NCBI GenBank assembly: GCA_036785375.1
Contig: JAWMAR010000136.1
Coordinates: forward strand, 1,922,001-1,986,000
Length of the DNA: 64,000 bases
Source of the DNA: Leucoraja ocellata
Lineage: Eukaryota
Direction of reading: 5' to 3'
The stretch's first letter is position 1. Every line of letters starts with the position of its first letter. The position numbers and the translations under genes were made by a program. The notes under the pieces were generated by a model. It had not been told where the DNA came from. It did not search any database and was given only the letters and a program-made list of their open reading frames with translations. This document shows, one piece after another, positions 13,166 through 25,555 of the stretch.

Positions 13166-14600
13166 AGGGTGGAGTATGGATATTAACCTGAAGGAGGTGA
13201 CCCCTGTTCATGTTTGAACTGAAGCCATGAGTCTTCATGAGATAATAGGTCAATATTGCTGACTGCCAGGGCTGCACCTTTCCAAGTGTATGGTACCACA
13301 TCACTGCATCTGGTGGATGTGCGCTCATGAAAGGACAGGATAGGTCTGGAGATCATGATGAAGTCTTCAAAATGTCATTAAGATATGATTCTGCAAGACA
13401 GATACATCAGGCTGCGGCATGGGTGAACTATGCAGCAGATCTCTCAGTGTGAGCCTCAGTCTCCAGTATCCTTACAAAGAATTATTACATTTGGCAGGCG
13501 TAAGTTGTTTCATCTGAATCTCAGGCCAGGTCTGGGTGGTCTGACCAGCTTTATTCTTATTGCAATTTGAAGGGGTTGATTGATGTGATGGTGAGATTGT
13601 GAAGCCATTACAGAGGGCTGAAAGGTTTAGGTTCAGACACAGATCAGATAAGAAAGCAGATTTTATTTCCTGAAGATGTGAGTGAACTGGGTATTTTTTT
13701 TTACAACAAACCTGCTCTTCAGCAGTCACAATTGTGGATAATATTGTGTTATTTAAGTGAGTTTAAATTCCCCCCCAGCTGAAGATGGACTTCTCTTGAT
13801 CAGAGGTCCAGATCTCCAGGATATTTATCTGATAAATCAACTCTTATGATCCCATTTTGCACAACAGTTGTGACTGCAGCTATCTTCAATTACAAGAACA
13901 ACAAAAGAAATAAAGCAGGAGCAGGCTACTGTGGACCCCATGCCTCCTCTGCCAGTCAATAAGGTCATTACTGATTTTTTAAACCACAGCAGCACTAACA
14001 ATATATTCATTGATTCCCTTAATAATTATTAATCCATTGCAACCAGCTAGAATATTAAATAATGAAAATAATGTCCCCAGTAAAATTGTGACCCAATGCA
14101 GGATACAATTGGGAAAGACAGCAGGAAGTTAATAACCTCATAGATCCATATTAAGAATAAACGTACAGTGGATGAATGGTCAAGATCAAAGCTGAGCATT
14201 TCATTGGATGGTTCAATTGGACCTGCTGCCGATTATTTTGCAGTAAATAATGGCTTTTGTGTTCTTTATAAAGCTTGGTTAGTAATTCTGAGCTTTATGG
14301 GTGGATTGAACACTTCAAAAGAAGAGTCAAACGGCAAAATAATTACAGTAAATGCGACTGTGAAGTATTCCACAATAGAACACAGGGAGGGAAAAGAACA
14401 ATATTAGATCTGATGCAGGATGGAAGCTAATTAGTTCGGTCATTCAGTACCAGGGAGATGTTTAATCAATGGAATGAAACAGTACGTGATGTGCAAAAGT
14501 GCTGAGAATTTAATATCAGTGTGGCTATTCTACAAAATTAATATTTGACACATACCCATTTTAAGGATTCATTGGTTTAAACAATCGATCGGGTGAGTGA

Positions 14601-14900
14601 TATTTAGTTTAGTTTAGAGATACAGTGCAGAAACAGACCCTTCGGCCCGACCAAGTCCGCACCGACCAGCAATCCCCACACATTAACACTATCCTACGTT
14701 AGGGACATTTTATACATTTATACCAAGCCAATTAACTAACAAACCTGTACGTCTTTGGAGTGTGGGAGGAAGCCGGAGCACTCGGAGAAAACCACGCAGG
14801 TCACGGGGAGAACGAATAACCTCCGTACAGACAATCACCCATAGCGCTGTAAGCACTGTCAGACAGTAACTCTACCGCTGCGCCACCATGCCGGCCCGAC
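14601..14900 (-). mobile_element. HE1/V-SINE-like SINE, near full length
   Basis: (tttag)n tail through ctctaccgctgcgccaccatgccggccc head. Confidence 0.88.
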
Positions 14901-15743
14901 ACGGCAAAGAAATAAATATCCGGCTCATAGTTTGCACCAGTTATGTCACCAAAAAGTTATGGTGGGATTTTTTTTGTGAGGAAATCTTAATACAAATAAT
15001 TTCAATATCTGTGGTGTCAGCCTCTTCATTATATTGCTGTGAAGATGAAAGAAACCTTACAAAATATCAGTGAGAACCTGTCTTCAATATCTTAGAACTC
15101 TGGTCAATGCAATCAAATAAAATGACAAAGTAATGCCTTCTTGATAAATTAGGCAAAACAAAACAGTAACAATAATTGCTATTTTGGTATTCTGAAATGT
15201 TATTACTTGAAATGTTATTACTTGAATTGTCAGGTATTTTGAGTTCAGTTTAGTGCTGATTTTTACATTTTTTAATTAATATTCAGCAAAATCAGTGCTT
15301 TTCACACATTAAAGTAAATCTGACAAGATGCGTCTACGTTCAGTTTCTTTAAAGGGCAACTTGAATGAATTTGGTAATAGTAACCTCACATGCACATCCA
15401 ATCAGATTAACATTAACATTTATTGTGTTGTATCAGGATACCATCATTACATTACTGACTAGCACGTCCCATGAACATATTGGTCCATCATCTGCATGTG
15501 CACGATGACAATTACTTCTGGTATTGTTAGACCAAATTGAATGAAAAAAGCTAATTCTGCATTGTTGAACTAATTTCTAGTGCAGAGTTTTATGATAAAA
15601 AATAGAATTTTCCAAGTAGGCCTGTGGAGATAATCTTCCAGGTTTTTTCGAGCTCGATAAGAATTGAACAGGTTGGAAGTGTAAATACCAACCAGGCAGT
15701 CATCTGATGAGGTCAAGAGGCTTCAGTTATAAGATGTAGACCA

Positions 15744-15962
15744 GACACAGAGGACTGCAGATGCTGGTTTACCAAAAAAGACACAAAGTGCTGGAGTAAC
15801 TCAACGGGTCAGGCAGCGTCTCTGGGGAACGTGCATAAGCAATTTTTCAGGTTAGATCAAGTCATTGGATCGGTCAGTCTGAAGAAGGGTCCCGACCCGA
15901 ATATTCATGCTCATCAGAGATGCTGCGTCATCTGCTGTGTTACTCCAGCACTTTGTGTCTTT
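15744..15962. mobile_element. Inverted pair of Penelope-derived repeats
   Basis: aaaaaagacacaaagtgctggagtaac is mirrored by gttactccagcactttgtgtcttttt. Internal ctgaagaagggtcccgacccgaa. Confidence 0.8.
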
Positions 15963-17329
15963 TTTTTCAGTTATCATAAGATATTGTCAACAATGCCATG
16001 GAAATGCCTTTGCCTGGTGTCCTGTGTACATCTGATAAACAAGCATGACCTTTGTCCAGACTGCTGGAGTTGGGTGGGAGTACAATCAGACGTGAATATG
16101 TGTCAGCTGCCACATGGACACCGACTCCTGCATCAGCTTCTACTGCTCTGCCCATGTGGCCAGTTTCCAAAATTAATCAGCTCGGTGTAGAGAGTTCTGC
16201 ATTCATTCATTTTGGTAGGAAGTCCCTCTGGTTGTATTGCACACTGGGTACGATTTTAAACAACCTCACAGGAAATAATTCACATCTACTGGCATGAGAA
16301 AGTGTAAAGAGCACTCACTAAAAGCTTTCCTCACAGATGCTTATGTGGCATTTAATTGCTCCATTAAATTCCGAATTCCTGTGCTCTCCTTCAAAGTAGC
16401 TCGCTCACTGGAAAATTGATTACAAAATTGTGTGATATCTAAACATTTGGTTATAAAATTGGTGGGGTCTAAGTAAAAATAACATCAAATAGTCTGGAAA
16501 ATCTAAGCCAGTTCATGTCCTGAGCATGCCAGACGATATGAATTTTGCATTACATGGAAGTCTTGATTGAATAATTGCAGAAATCTGTCCTATCATTTTT
16601 GCTCAGATAACCCTATGGCCTTCAAACAGTATATCTACCAACAAAGGTCTCAGCATTAATTTGCATGGACTCACTTGGGAGCAACCACTGGAACTCCCTA
16701 TAGAGTGGTGGCTGATGTGGGCGAGTTGGGCCAAAGGGCCCGTTTCCACACTGTATCACCCTATGACTCTATAAACCTCTCAGTCGACAGAAGTACTAAT
16801 AGCCATTGATTATTCTCAGATAACACTGATTGCCGCTGCAGATTTGAATACAGAAATTAATAAAGTTACAAAGTGATGTCGATCTTCGGAATGCCTAGTA
16901 ATTCTGGATGAATAAGGGAAATAATGCTGAGAAAGTGCAAAGTAAAGGATACTGTGAAAAGTTTTTTTATGGCATATTTATCATGAATGAATCACTGATC
17001 ATTAGCACAGGAGCCGCAGAGAGATGGACTAATATCTTAATAACTACCCTGTTATTCCACCCAGAGTAAATGCACATATAAAGAGAAGATAGAATGGGAG
17101 ATGTTGATCTTCTGGCAAGTGAGAGCCACAGGTTGATGGTTGACCACAGGGTTAGGAGATGTCCACTGTACTTAAAAACACAAATCATTAACTACAGGGC
17201 AGAAAATTAAAGCAATGTGATGCTAGTCGCAATTGGCAGGAAGGTAGCTCCATCTGTGTTTTACCCTGATGTCAGATAAAGCCAAATCAGGCCTTTAACC
17301 TTCTTTCAAAAGCAACCTCGAGAATGAAT

Positions 17330-17748
17330 CATAAAGCGTGCAAACAGGTCCCACGGCTCAACTTGCTCACACTGACCAACATGCTCCATCTACACTAGCC
17401 CCACCGGCCTGCTTTTGGCACATATTCCTCTAAACCTACCCTATTCCTCTACCAGTCTAAATGTTTCTTAAACATTATGATAGTCTGAAGAAGGGTCTCG
17501 ACCCGAAATGTCGCCCATTCCTTCTCTTCAGAGATGCTGCCTATCTCGCTGAGTTACTCCAGCTTTGTGTGCCTATCTTTGGTTTAAACCAGCATCTGCA
17601 GTTCCTTCCCACGCATGATAGTACCTGCCCCAACTACGCCTTCAGGCAGCTTATTCCATATACCCACCACCCTTTGTGTAAAAAAGTTACCCCTCAGATT
17701 CCCATTAAATCTTTCCCCCCTCACTTCTGGTTCTTAATTCCCCAACTC
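17330..17748 (-). mobile_element. CR1 3' fragment interrupted by a Penelope-derived repeat (17485-17614, plus strand)
   Basis: CR1 3' sequence resumes after the insert. 8-bp TSD ATGATAGT (17477-17484, 17615-17622). Confidence 0.85.
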
Positions 17749-18391
17749 TGGCTACATCTCGACATGTCAGAAGATTTCTCAAAAAATCTGGATTTTTGAT
17801 TAAAACTTATACAGCAGATATAAACGGCAGTAATTCCCTCTCAGGACTTGCTTATTGAACTTAGGGCCAATGACAGCCATTCAGATCAATAGCTAGAAAT
17901 CATACCATTCAATACAAGAAAAAAATCCTGTGTACAATGTAAAACACACACATTGTTTCAACTGTCTGTCAGATTAAAATTCATAATTCACACAAATGCA
18001 AAAATTGCCTCATACCAGGTGTCACTTATTAAAATCATTATGTTAATTACCAATTTGGTTTATAGTCTCAGCAAAAATTAGTGAAAATCAGCAAACATGA
18101 AGAATATGCCAACGAGACAAATATATTTTTAGGTCTGTGCAAATGTTTGGTCTGGATGCCACATTTGGAGATGAGCTATTCATTTCAATTTGCATATTAA
18201 AGTCACAAAAACATATGATCAGTTTTACTGCAAGATGCGAGTGGATTTCAACAACATCTTTTACAATCTGGATTGCAAGTTCGACATGAGCAACTGAAAA
18301 GTTCCTTTCTCCACATTTTAGCAACCTGCAAGACAATACCTTACACAGTCTAAAAGTACTGCACAAGAACACAGCTTATTTATTGCCATTG

Positions 18392-19187
18392 GGGTGGCTC
18401 AGTGGTGCAGTGGTAGATTTGACAATAGACAATAGGTGCAGGAGTAGACCATTCAGCCCTTCGAGCCAGTACCGCTATTCAATGCGATCATGGCTGATCA
18501 TCTACAATCGGTAGGTACACAAAAATGCTGGAGAAACTCAGCGGGTGCAGCAGCATCTATGGAGCGAAGGAAATCGGTGATGTTTTGGGCCAAAACCCTT
18601 CTTCAGACCCTTCTTCGGGTTTCAGCCCGAAACGTCACCTATTTCCTTCGCTCCATAGATGCTGCTGCACCCGCTGAGTTTCTCCAGCATTTTTGTGTAC
18701 CTTCGATCCTCCAGCATCTGCAGTTCCTTCTTGAACATCCACAATCAGTACCCAGTTCCTGCCTTCTCCCCATATCCCTTGATTCCGCTATCTTTAAGAG
18801 CCCTATCGAGCTCTCTCTTGAAAGTATCCAGAGAACTGACGTCCACCGAAATCTCTGAGGCAGAGAATTCCACAGACTCACAACTTTCTGTGTGACAACT
18901 CTCTGCTCTATGCTACCATACAGCGCCAGAAACCTTGGTTCGATCCTGACTATGGGCTCTGCCTGTTCAGAGTTTGTACATTCCCTCTGTGACCGTGTGG
19001 GTTTTCTCCGGGTGCTCAAGTTTCCTCCCCATTCTAAAGAATGCAGGTTTGTAGGTTAATTGGCTTCTGTAAATTGTCCCCAGTGCGTAGGATAGCACTA
19101 ATGTATGGGTGATCGCTGGTTGGCATGAACTTGGAAGGCCGAAGGGCCTGTTTCCATGCTGTATCTTTAAGTTAAACCAACTAAAAT
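18392..19187. mobile_element. Three-level nest: HE1-like SINE (+) > CR1 3' fragment (-, about 18421-18905) > Penelope-derived palindrome (18514-18735)
   Basis: SINE head ggtggctcagtggtgcagtggtaga resumes at tgctaccatacagcgccaga. CR1 tail (gacaata)2. Palindrome is flanked by a 15-bp imperfect TSD catctacaatcggta/catccacaatcagta. Confidence 0.85.
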
Positions 19188-19515
19188 TTGGATGGGGACA
19201 AAGTCCTCTGGAGTTATTCTGCTTCGGTTCCAGAGCTCTAAGAGTGCAGTCACAGAACGTTCATCAGATTCAGCAACGTGAACAGGTTAGGAGTGTAGAG
19301 AGGAGAAACTCTCCCAACAGATCAGTCTGGTCAAGAACCTTTCTACTGTAAGGCTGATGCTAAGGTAGATCGAAGAAGATGCATTTTACATGCAGAGGCA
19401 GTTCTCTTCCAGTGGACACTGGTTGTGCAGCATGTAATTCTCAGCAATGACATTGTTGTTACCTTGAACAAGACAAAAACTCACAGAAAGATAAAAAGCT
19501 GTGGCAATCACTTAC

Positions 19516-19650
19516 AGTTTACTGTTACTTGTACTTTCCGCATGTCAGCAGATGACACGTCGTTATAGGCACTGCATTCATATTCACCAGCATCTTCCTT
19601 GACAATTCCTGTGATTTCCAAATATTCATCATCACTGGCAAAACCCCGGG
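19516..19650 (-). CDS. Internal coding exon of an IgLON family neural cell-adhesion gene (neurotrimin/OPCML-like), C-terminal half of Ig domain 2
   Basis: Minus strand reads ttttctttcag|CCCGGGGT...GTAAACT|gtaagt (polypyrimidine tract + AG acceptor, GTAAGT donor). 135 bp, phase 1-1, open: [45 protein letters not shown]. It has the Ig DxGxYxC motif and closely resembles recalled IgLON sequence (NTM [30 protein letters not shown]...VKVTVNY). The paralogue cannot be resolved from one exon. Confidence 0.93.
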
Positions 19651-20087
19651 CTGAAAGAAAAGAACGAAGGGAGATATGAAAAGGAATCTATTCTTTATTC
19701 TCCATTCAAGTCAACATCTTTTTAAATGCTCTTCAATCTCTTACAGCTGTGATATGGTTAGACAGAGCTGACTAAATACTTATCAGCTACATTTCGGAAT
19801 TATTCGTAAGACTTTTCTATTTAAATTGTTTGCATATCTAACCACAGTGTCAAACAAACATTTGTACAGCTAATAAGCTGTCAACTCCCTCAGAAATCAG
19901 TTTGACAAATTTGAAGCTGTCTGATGCTGAAACAGAGATCTCCTGTATTTAGTCCTTGTCAATGAGCCTAGAAGTAACACGAAAATGCTGGAGGGCCAAC
20001 AAAGTTTTGCCATATAAGTGACGCACAGTAGTTAAGGGTTCTGAACTGAAGGGCTGGATTATTGATAGGGAGGAAAATAAAAACCCA

Positions 20088-20620
20088 CTGCTGGAGTAAC
20101 TCAGTGGGTCAGACAGCATTTCTGGAGAATATGGATAGATGACGTTACGTGTTGGGTGAATATGGTGGGGAGGAGTGGGGGGGACAGGGGGAAGAAAGCT
20201 GGAAGAGAGAAGAGACAGGAACAAGCCTGGTATCTTATAGGTAGATACGGATGGAGGGGGTTTTGACAGGCCAATGGTTGAACAGATGCCAAAGACAAAA
20301 AGCCAGGAGGTGTGAGACAGAGGATTGAAGAGTTGTGAATTGTGAAGCTAGAGGAAGGAATACAAGTGGAGGGTGAAGGGCAGGGGGAGGGGGAAAATAG
20401 TTCACATTGTGCACAGGAGGATGGGAGGGGGGGGGTGGGGGTTGAAAAGAAAAGGGGATGGCAGAAGAAGTGAAGGGGGGCAGGGGTGTTTATCTACAAT
20501 TGAAGAATTCAATGTTCATACCATTGGATTGTAAGCTACCCAAGAAGAACATGAGGTACTTTTCCATCAGTTTGCATGTGGGCTCACTCTGGCAATGGAG
20601 GAGGCCCAGGACAGAGAGGT
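20088..20620 (-). mobile_element. Penelope-like retroelement 3' fragment (GIY-YIG endonuclease C-terminus, 3' UTR, terminal repeat)
   Basis: Minus frame LSVLGLLHCQSEPTCKLMEKYLMFFLGSLQSNGMNIEFFNCR* (stop at 20490-20492) matches the E..LI..LG.L.P.G.N end of PLE endonucleases. It runs into the short ctgagttactccagca repeat. Confidence 0.8.
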
Positions 20621-20639
20621 TGGGGAGTTAGTGAGGGCC

Positions 20640-20797
20640 AGTGGTGGCGGCAGTGGCAGCAGGCCTGGAGGGGGCTGTGAAAGCTATGGACTAGGGGTGG
20701 TGTCGGCAACCCGACCTGGCCGTGAAGATCGGTAGGTGCGTCCGCTATAACCAAAATCAGTTAAAAATCAGGGTCCATAAAAATGAGGAATTACTGT
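20640..20797. mobile_element. Possible Tigger/pogo-like MITE remnant (one end)
   Basis: GC-rich interior ending tccgctataacc...aatgaggaattactg, resembling CAGT-starting pogo TIRs. Partner TIR not found. Confidence 0.35.
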
Positions 20798-21069
20798 TTT
20801 TGCTGAGCATTTACACTTTGTTTTTAATAACAGAATTACAGTATTTCACTTTTGTTGTTTTATAACTTGAGTGAAGAATAAATATCAAGTAGGACACAAC
20901 AGTTAGAATCGAGACCAAAACCCTGTGGCAATTGTATTGATTGTAAATTCCATCGAAAGCGAACACTAAGACCACATTGGAACACAATCTGAACTTCCCC
21001 TGGATTGCATTGATGGGATTATCGGGCATTCCAGGAAAACAGAGCTAAAGTAGTAGATATTGATCAAGA

Positions 21070-21362
21070 GCAGCACAATAGCTCAGCAGTAGAGTTGCTG
21101 CCTTATAATGCTGGAGACCTGAGTTTGATATGAGGTGGGGTGCTGTGTATATGGAGATTGCACATTTTCCATAACCATGTGCGTTTACTCTGGGTGCTCC
21201 ATTGTACTCCCACATCCCAAACACGTGCAGGTGTGTAGGTTAATTCGTTAAATTGCCCCTAGTATATATGATGCAAAATTGGGATAACATAAAACTAGTA
21301 CAGGTGATTATTGCTCAGCCGAAGGGCCTGTTTCCATGCTGTATCTCTGTAACTAAAACTAG
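21070..21362 (+). mobile_element. HE1/V-SINE-like SINE (diverged)
   Basis: gctcagcagtagagttgctgcc...gccgaagggcctgtttccatgctgtatctct. Confidence 0.82.
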
Positions 21363-22424
21363 ACGATCAGCCTCTGGCTGAATGGTGGAGCAGACTCCAA
21401 TGGCCAGAAGGCCTACTCATATTAACTCAAAAAGCAAGAGCATTTTGTTGTTACACTTTAGACATTGTTTTTGCGCTACTTCAGGTTGCATACATGCTTT
21501 ACAACATTTTGCATTTGACACCTATTTACTATTGTATCCATCATTACCAGGTATGTGTGGAAAGGAACAGCAGAAGCTAGTTTATACCGAAGGTAGACAC
21601 AAAGTGCTGGAGTAACTCAGCAGGTCAGGCAGCGTCAGACTGTTTTATATATACAATATACCTGGTAATATAGTGTAATATATATGTGTACATATATATA
21701 TACACACAGTACCATATTATACTTTATTATAAGGTATATGGTATACTCTGAGCTTCATGCAAACAAGGAATTTCACTGTATCCTGACATATACTGTATGA
21801 CAATGAACTAATCAGAATTTGATTCTGGAAGGACGCTGCAGCCTTCTCTATATATTCAAAGGAGTGCTTCTGTGCAGCATTTTCAGTGAAAGGCGGAAGA
21901 AATATGATTGCTTGATGCTGACGTAGCAAGGATGAGAGAATGGGCCACTGGCAACTCACAATAACACAATAACTTGCTTCACTGCTCACTCAAATAGCTA
22001 AGCACTTTCTTCAGTTTTCATTAAGCTTAGCCCATGGGTGTTATAAAATTGGGACTTCACCTCTTTGGGGTTTTTACAAAGCAAACTTGTGAAAGGATGA
22101 CTAAAATGAACAATGATATTAACTTGTCATTTTTAGGTGCAATTAAGTCTCCACCAATGACAGAAATTGACATGTATGTTTTATACATTGACAAGCACAC
22201 GATCTTAAGTGTCTGCCCAGTGGAATAAAATAATCTCAGGACAGGAAAGACAGACTCAAGTCTGCTGGAAATAAGGCTCTGCTTGTTCAATTAAGTCTGA
22301 CTACACTGCAGCTTCCCTCCAATCTCCAGTGAAATGAAATCTTCAGCCAATCCCAAACAATTTCAAGATAGGCAATGATGTACTTGTTAATTACCTTGCT
22401 AACCAAAGAATGGATCGACTGAGC

Positions 22425-22847
22425 TAATATTCATTGGATTCAGAAGGATGAGAGCGGAATCTTATAGAAACATATACAATTCTTAAGGGATTGGACAGGC
22501 TAGATGCAGGAAAAATGTTCCCGATGTTGGGGGAGTCCAGAACCAGGCGTCACAGTTTAAAATAAATGGTAGGCCATTTAGGAGTGAGATGAGGAAAAAC
22601 CTTTTAACCCAGAGCGTTGCGAAGCTGTGGAATTCTCTGCCACAGAAGGCAGTGGAGGCCAATTCACTTGGGTGTTTTCAAGAGAGAGTTAGATTTAGCT
22701 CTTAGGGCTAACGGAATCAAGAAATATGGGGAAAAAACGGGAACCGGATACTGATTTTGGATGGTCAGCCATGATTATATTGAATGGCGGTGCTGGCTCG
22801 AAGAGCAGACTGGTCTACTCTTACACCTATTTTCCATGTTTCTATGT
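22425..22847 (+). mobile_element. CR1-type LINE 3' fragment
   Basis: Encodes ...KGLDRLDAGKMFPMLGESRTR...LWNSLPQKAVEA, then 3' UTR ending ccatgtttctatgtt. Confidence 0.9.
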
Positions 22848-23395
22848 TAACTCTGATTCACAGTATATTGTTGCAATGTTATTGCACATCAATGTAGATA
22901 ATAAATATTCTAGTCAATTTTTAACACATGACTGTGATCACAAAAGGATCCGTGTTCAGCTGCAGCTCCTGACTGACTTCGTCAAGAAACTGGTGCTGGA
23001 TTTGGATGTACAAGTACAAAAAACAAAACATCGTGTTGTACCTTGCGAACAAAGCACCAAGGCAAATTCCTTGTATGTATATATCTTTGGCTAATAAAAT
23101 GTATTCAATTCAATATTATTGCAAAAATATTATTTAAAAAAAAAAATCATGAGCAGGGAAATGCAAGATGACTAACTTATGCCTAGAGGCTCCAACCTAT
23201 AGAATTTCTTCAGATTGTTTGACTTCTTCTTCGATGTCACACTTCCAGCTGAATTGAACAGACCCTTTGCCATTCATCAACTCATCACATTTTAACTTTA
23301 AAATATGTCATAATGACGATGAAAAGCAAAGAGAACAATTATATAAAACACAACATTTGCTGCAATGGAGCATGTCCCAATTATTGGGTAGAGAT

Positions 23396-23720
23396 AACAT
23401 ACAAACATAGAAAATAGGTGTAGGAGTAGGCCATTCGGCCCCTTGAGCCAGCACCATCATTCAATATGATCATGGCTGATCATCGAAAATCAGTACCCGT
23501 TCCCGCTTTTTCCCCATATCCCTTGATTCCGTTAGCCCTAAGAGCTAAATTTAACTCTCTTTTGAAAAGTGAATTGGCCTCCACTGTGGCAGAGAATTCC
23601 ACTGATTCACAACTCTTTGGGTGAAAAGGTTTTTCCTCATCTCAGTCGTAAATGGCTTTATTCTTAAAACTGTGACCCCTGGTTCTGGACATCCCCAACA
23701 TCAGGAACATTTTTCCTGCA
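23396..23720 (-). mobile_element. CR1-type LINE 3' fragment
   Basis: Reverse complement of about 22505-22847 (acatagaaaataggtgtaggagtagg...aacatttttcctgca). Confidence 0.9.
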
Positions 23721-24084
23721 ACCTTCAACCTCCACCTCCAAAACCATGTTGTATATAAATTTCAACTGGACGAGCATCCCTGGTGAAAAATTCCTTTCAG
23801 TCCGTCTGAAACTTGCTGGCACGAGGACCATACATGACTGAACTGTGCAGACAAGGGAGCGGATAACAGCACAGGGAGATCAACGGGGCATGTGGGGCAT
23901 CTGGTAACTAGTGAATTAGATCCAAATAAAATACGGAAATTGAAATAAAGAATGAAAAATACAGACCGAAATAAAGCGAATTGTGATATAAATACTTACA
24001 GGTGAGGCAGGTTTAATGGATAAAGAAGCAAACTTGAAATTCACCTAAATAATTGCAATGTGGTTATCTGTGTATTTTTCTTTG

Positions 24085-24468
24085 GGGTGCTGGAGGACGA
24101 AGGGTGATCTTACAGAGGTGTATAAGATCATGAGGGGAATGGATATGGTAGATGCACAGTCTTTTACTCAGAGTAGAGTAACTAAGAACCAGAGGACGTA
24201 GATTTAAGGTGAGAGGGGATGGATTTAATAGGAATATGAGCGGCAAAGTTTTCATGTAGAAGCTGGTAGTCGAATGAAACGAGGTGCCTGAGGAGGTGGT
24301 GGAGGCAGGTACTCGAACAACATTTAACAGGCAGGTACATGGATAGGAAAGGTTTAGAGGGATTTGGGCCAAAATGTGGGCAGGTGGGACTGGTACAGAT
24401 GGAGTATCTTGGTCAGCATGGGAAGTTGGGCTGAAGGGCCTGCCTCCATGCTGCATGACTCTGTGACA
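24085..24468 (+). mobile_element. CR1-type LINE 3' fragment
   Basis: gggtgatcttacagaggtgtataagatcatgagggg...gggctgaagggcctgcctccatgctg. Confidence 0.85.
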
Positions 24469-25087
24469 CTCTCAATAATGACATTTGATACAATGTAGTT
24501 AAATCCCTGAAAATTCTGAATGTTAGTTTGAAGATGGAAAATTGTTGAGCTGATACCATTATTGCTTTCAACTCATGACCATCTTTGACAGAAGCTAGTT
24601 TTTTTAAAAAAAACAGCCCATTGCAGATAAGGTGGAATTAACACTGGTTATCTAAAGGAAGCAGGTAATGGAGTCGGCCTCTTGCGAGTCGAGATTGCAA
24701 GCCATCTTCCATGAGTCTCTCACCATGAATAAAACAAACTGCAACCTATCTGCTCCAACATGCAGACCTCGGGTTAAATATTTCATGAGGCAAAGTGGCA
24801 GATAGCATCAGCGAGCCTATAACCTTCATACAAAGGCCTGAAACAAGAAATAAAAGCTGCCAGTCATTTGCACCTCACAGTGGGAAAAGAGGTGCCTGGC
24901 TGCTTCGAGGCAGAAATCAGAGCAACCCTTCTCTTGATTTGGAAATCAAAACGGTGAAGAAGCAGCAAGTTGGTTTTATGTTTGACGAAAAATTAAAAAA
25001 TGAGAACTCTGCATTAAAGGCAATACTTCCGTAACAGGATTGTGGAAGATTTTAGTTTAATCTCATTCGATCCACAATTATACGAGT

Positions 25088-25484
25088 TTAGGCTTGTATT
25101 CACTGGAGTTTAGAAGGATGAGGGGGATCTTATAAAAAATGTATAAAATTATAAAAGGACTGGACAAGCTAGATGCAAGAAAAATGTTCCCAATGTTGGG
25201 CGAGTCCAGAACCAGGGGTCACAGTCTTAGAATAAAGGGGTGGCCATTTAAGACTGAGGTGAGAAAAAACGTTTTCACCCAGAGATTTGTGAATTTGTGG
25301 AATTCTCTGCCACAGATGGCAGTGGAAGCCAAATCACTGGATAGATTTAAGAGAGAGTTAGACAGAGCTCTAGGGGCTAGTGGAATCAAGGGATATGGGG
25401 TTATTGATTGGGGACGATCAGCCATGATCACAATGAATGGCGTGCTGGCCTCTTCCTGCACCTATTTTCGATGTTTCTATGTTT
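25088..25484 (+). mobile_element. CR1-type LINE 3' fragment
   Basis: ORF YKIIKGLDKLDARKMFPMLGESRTRGHSLRIKG..FTQRFVNLWNSLPQ. Confidence 0.92.
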
Positions 25485-25555
25485 AACAACTAACGTAGGT
25501 TTCGATGGGAGTTTTTGGACTGTGTTGATCTAACACTGAAAACTCTCAACAAAAC

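Noticed and set aside
24000-24044. 45-bp AG/GTAAGT-bounded possible minus-strand exon
   Set aside because: In-frame TAA in the phase needed for the IgLON gene, weak pyrimidine tract, and it resembles a decayed Penelope-type repeat.
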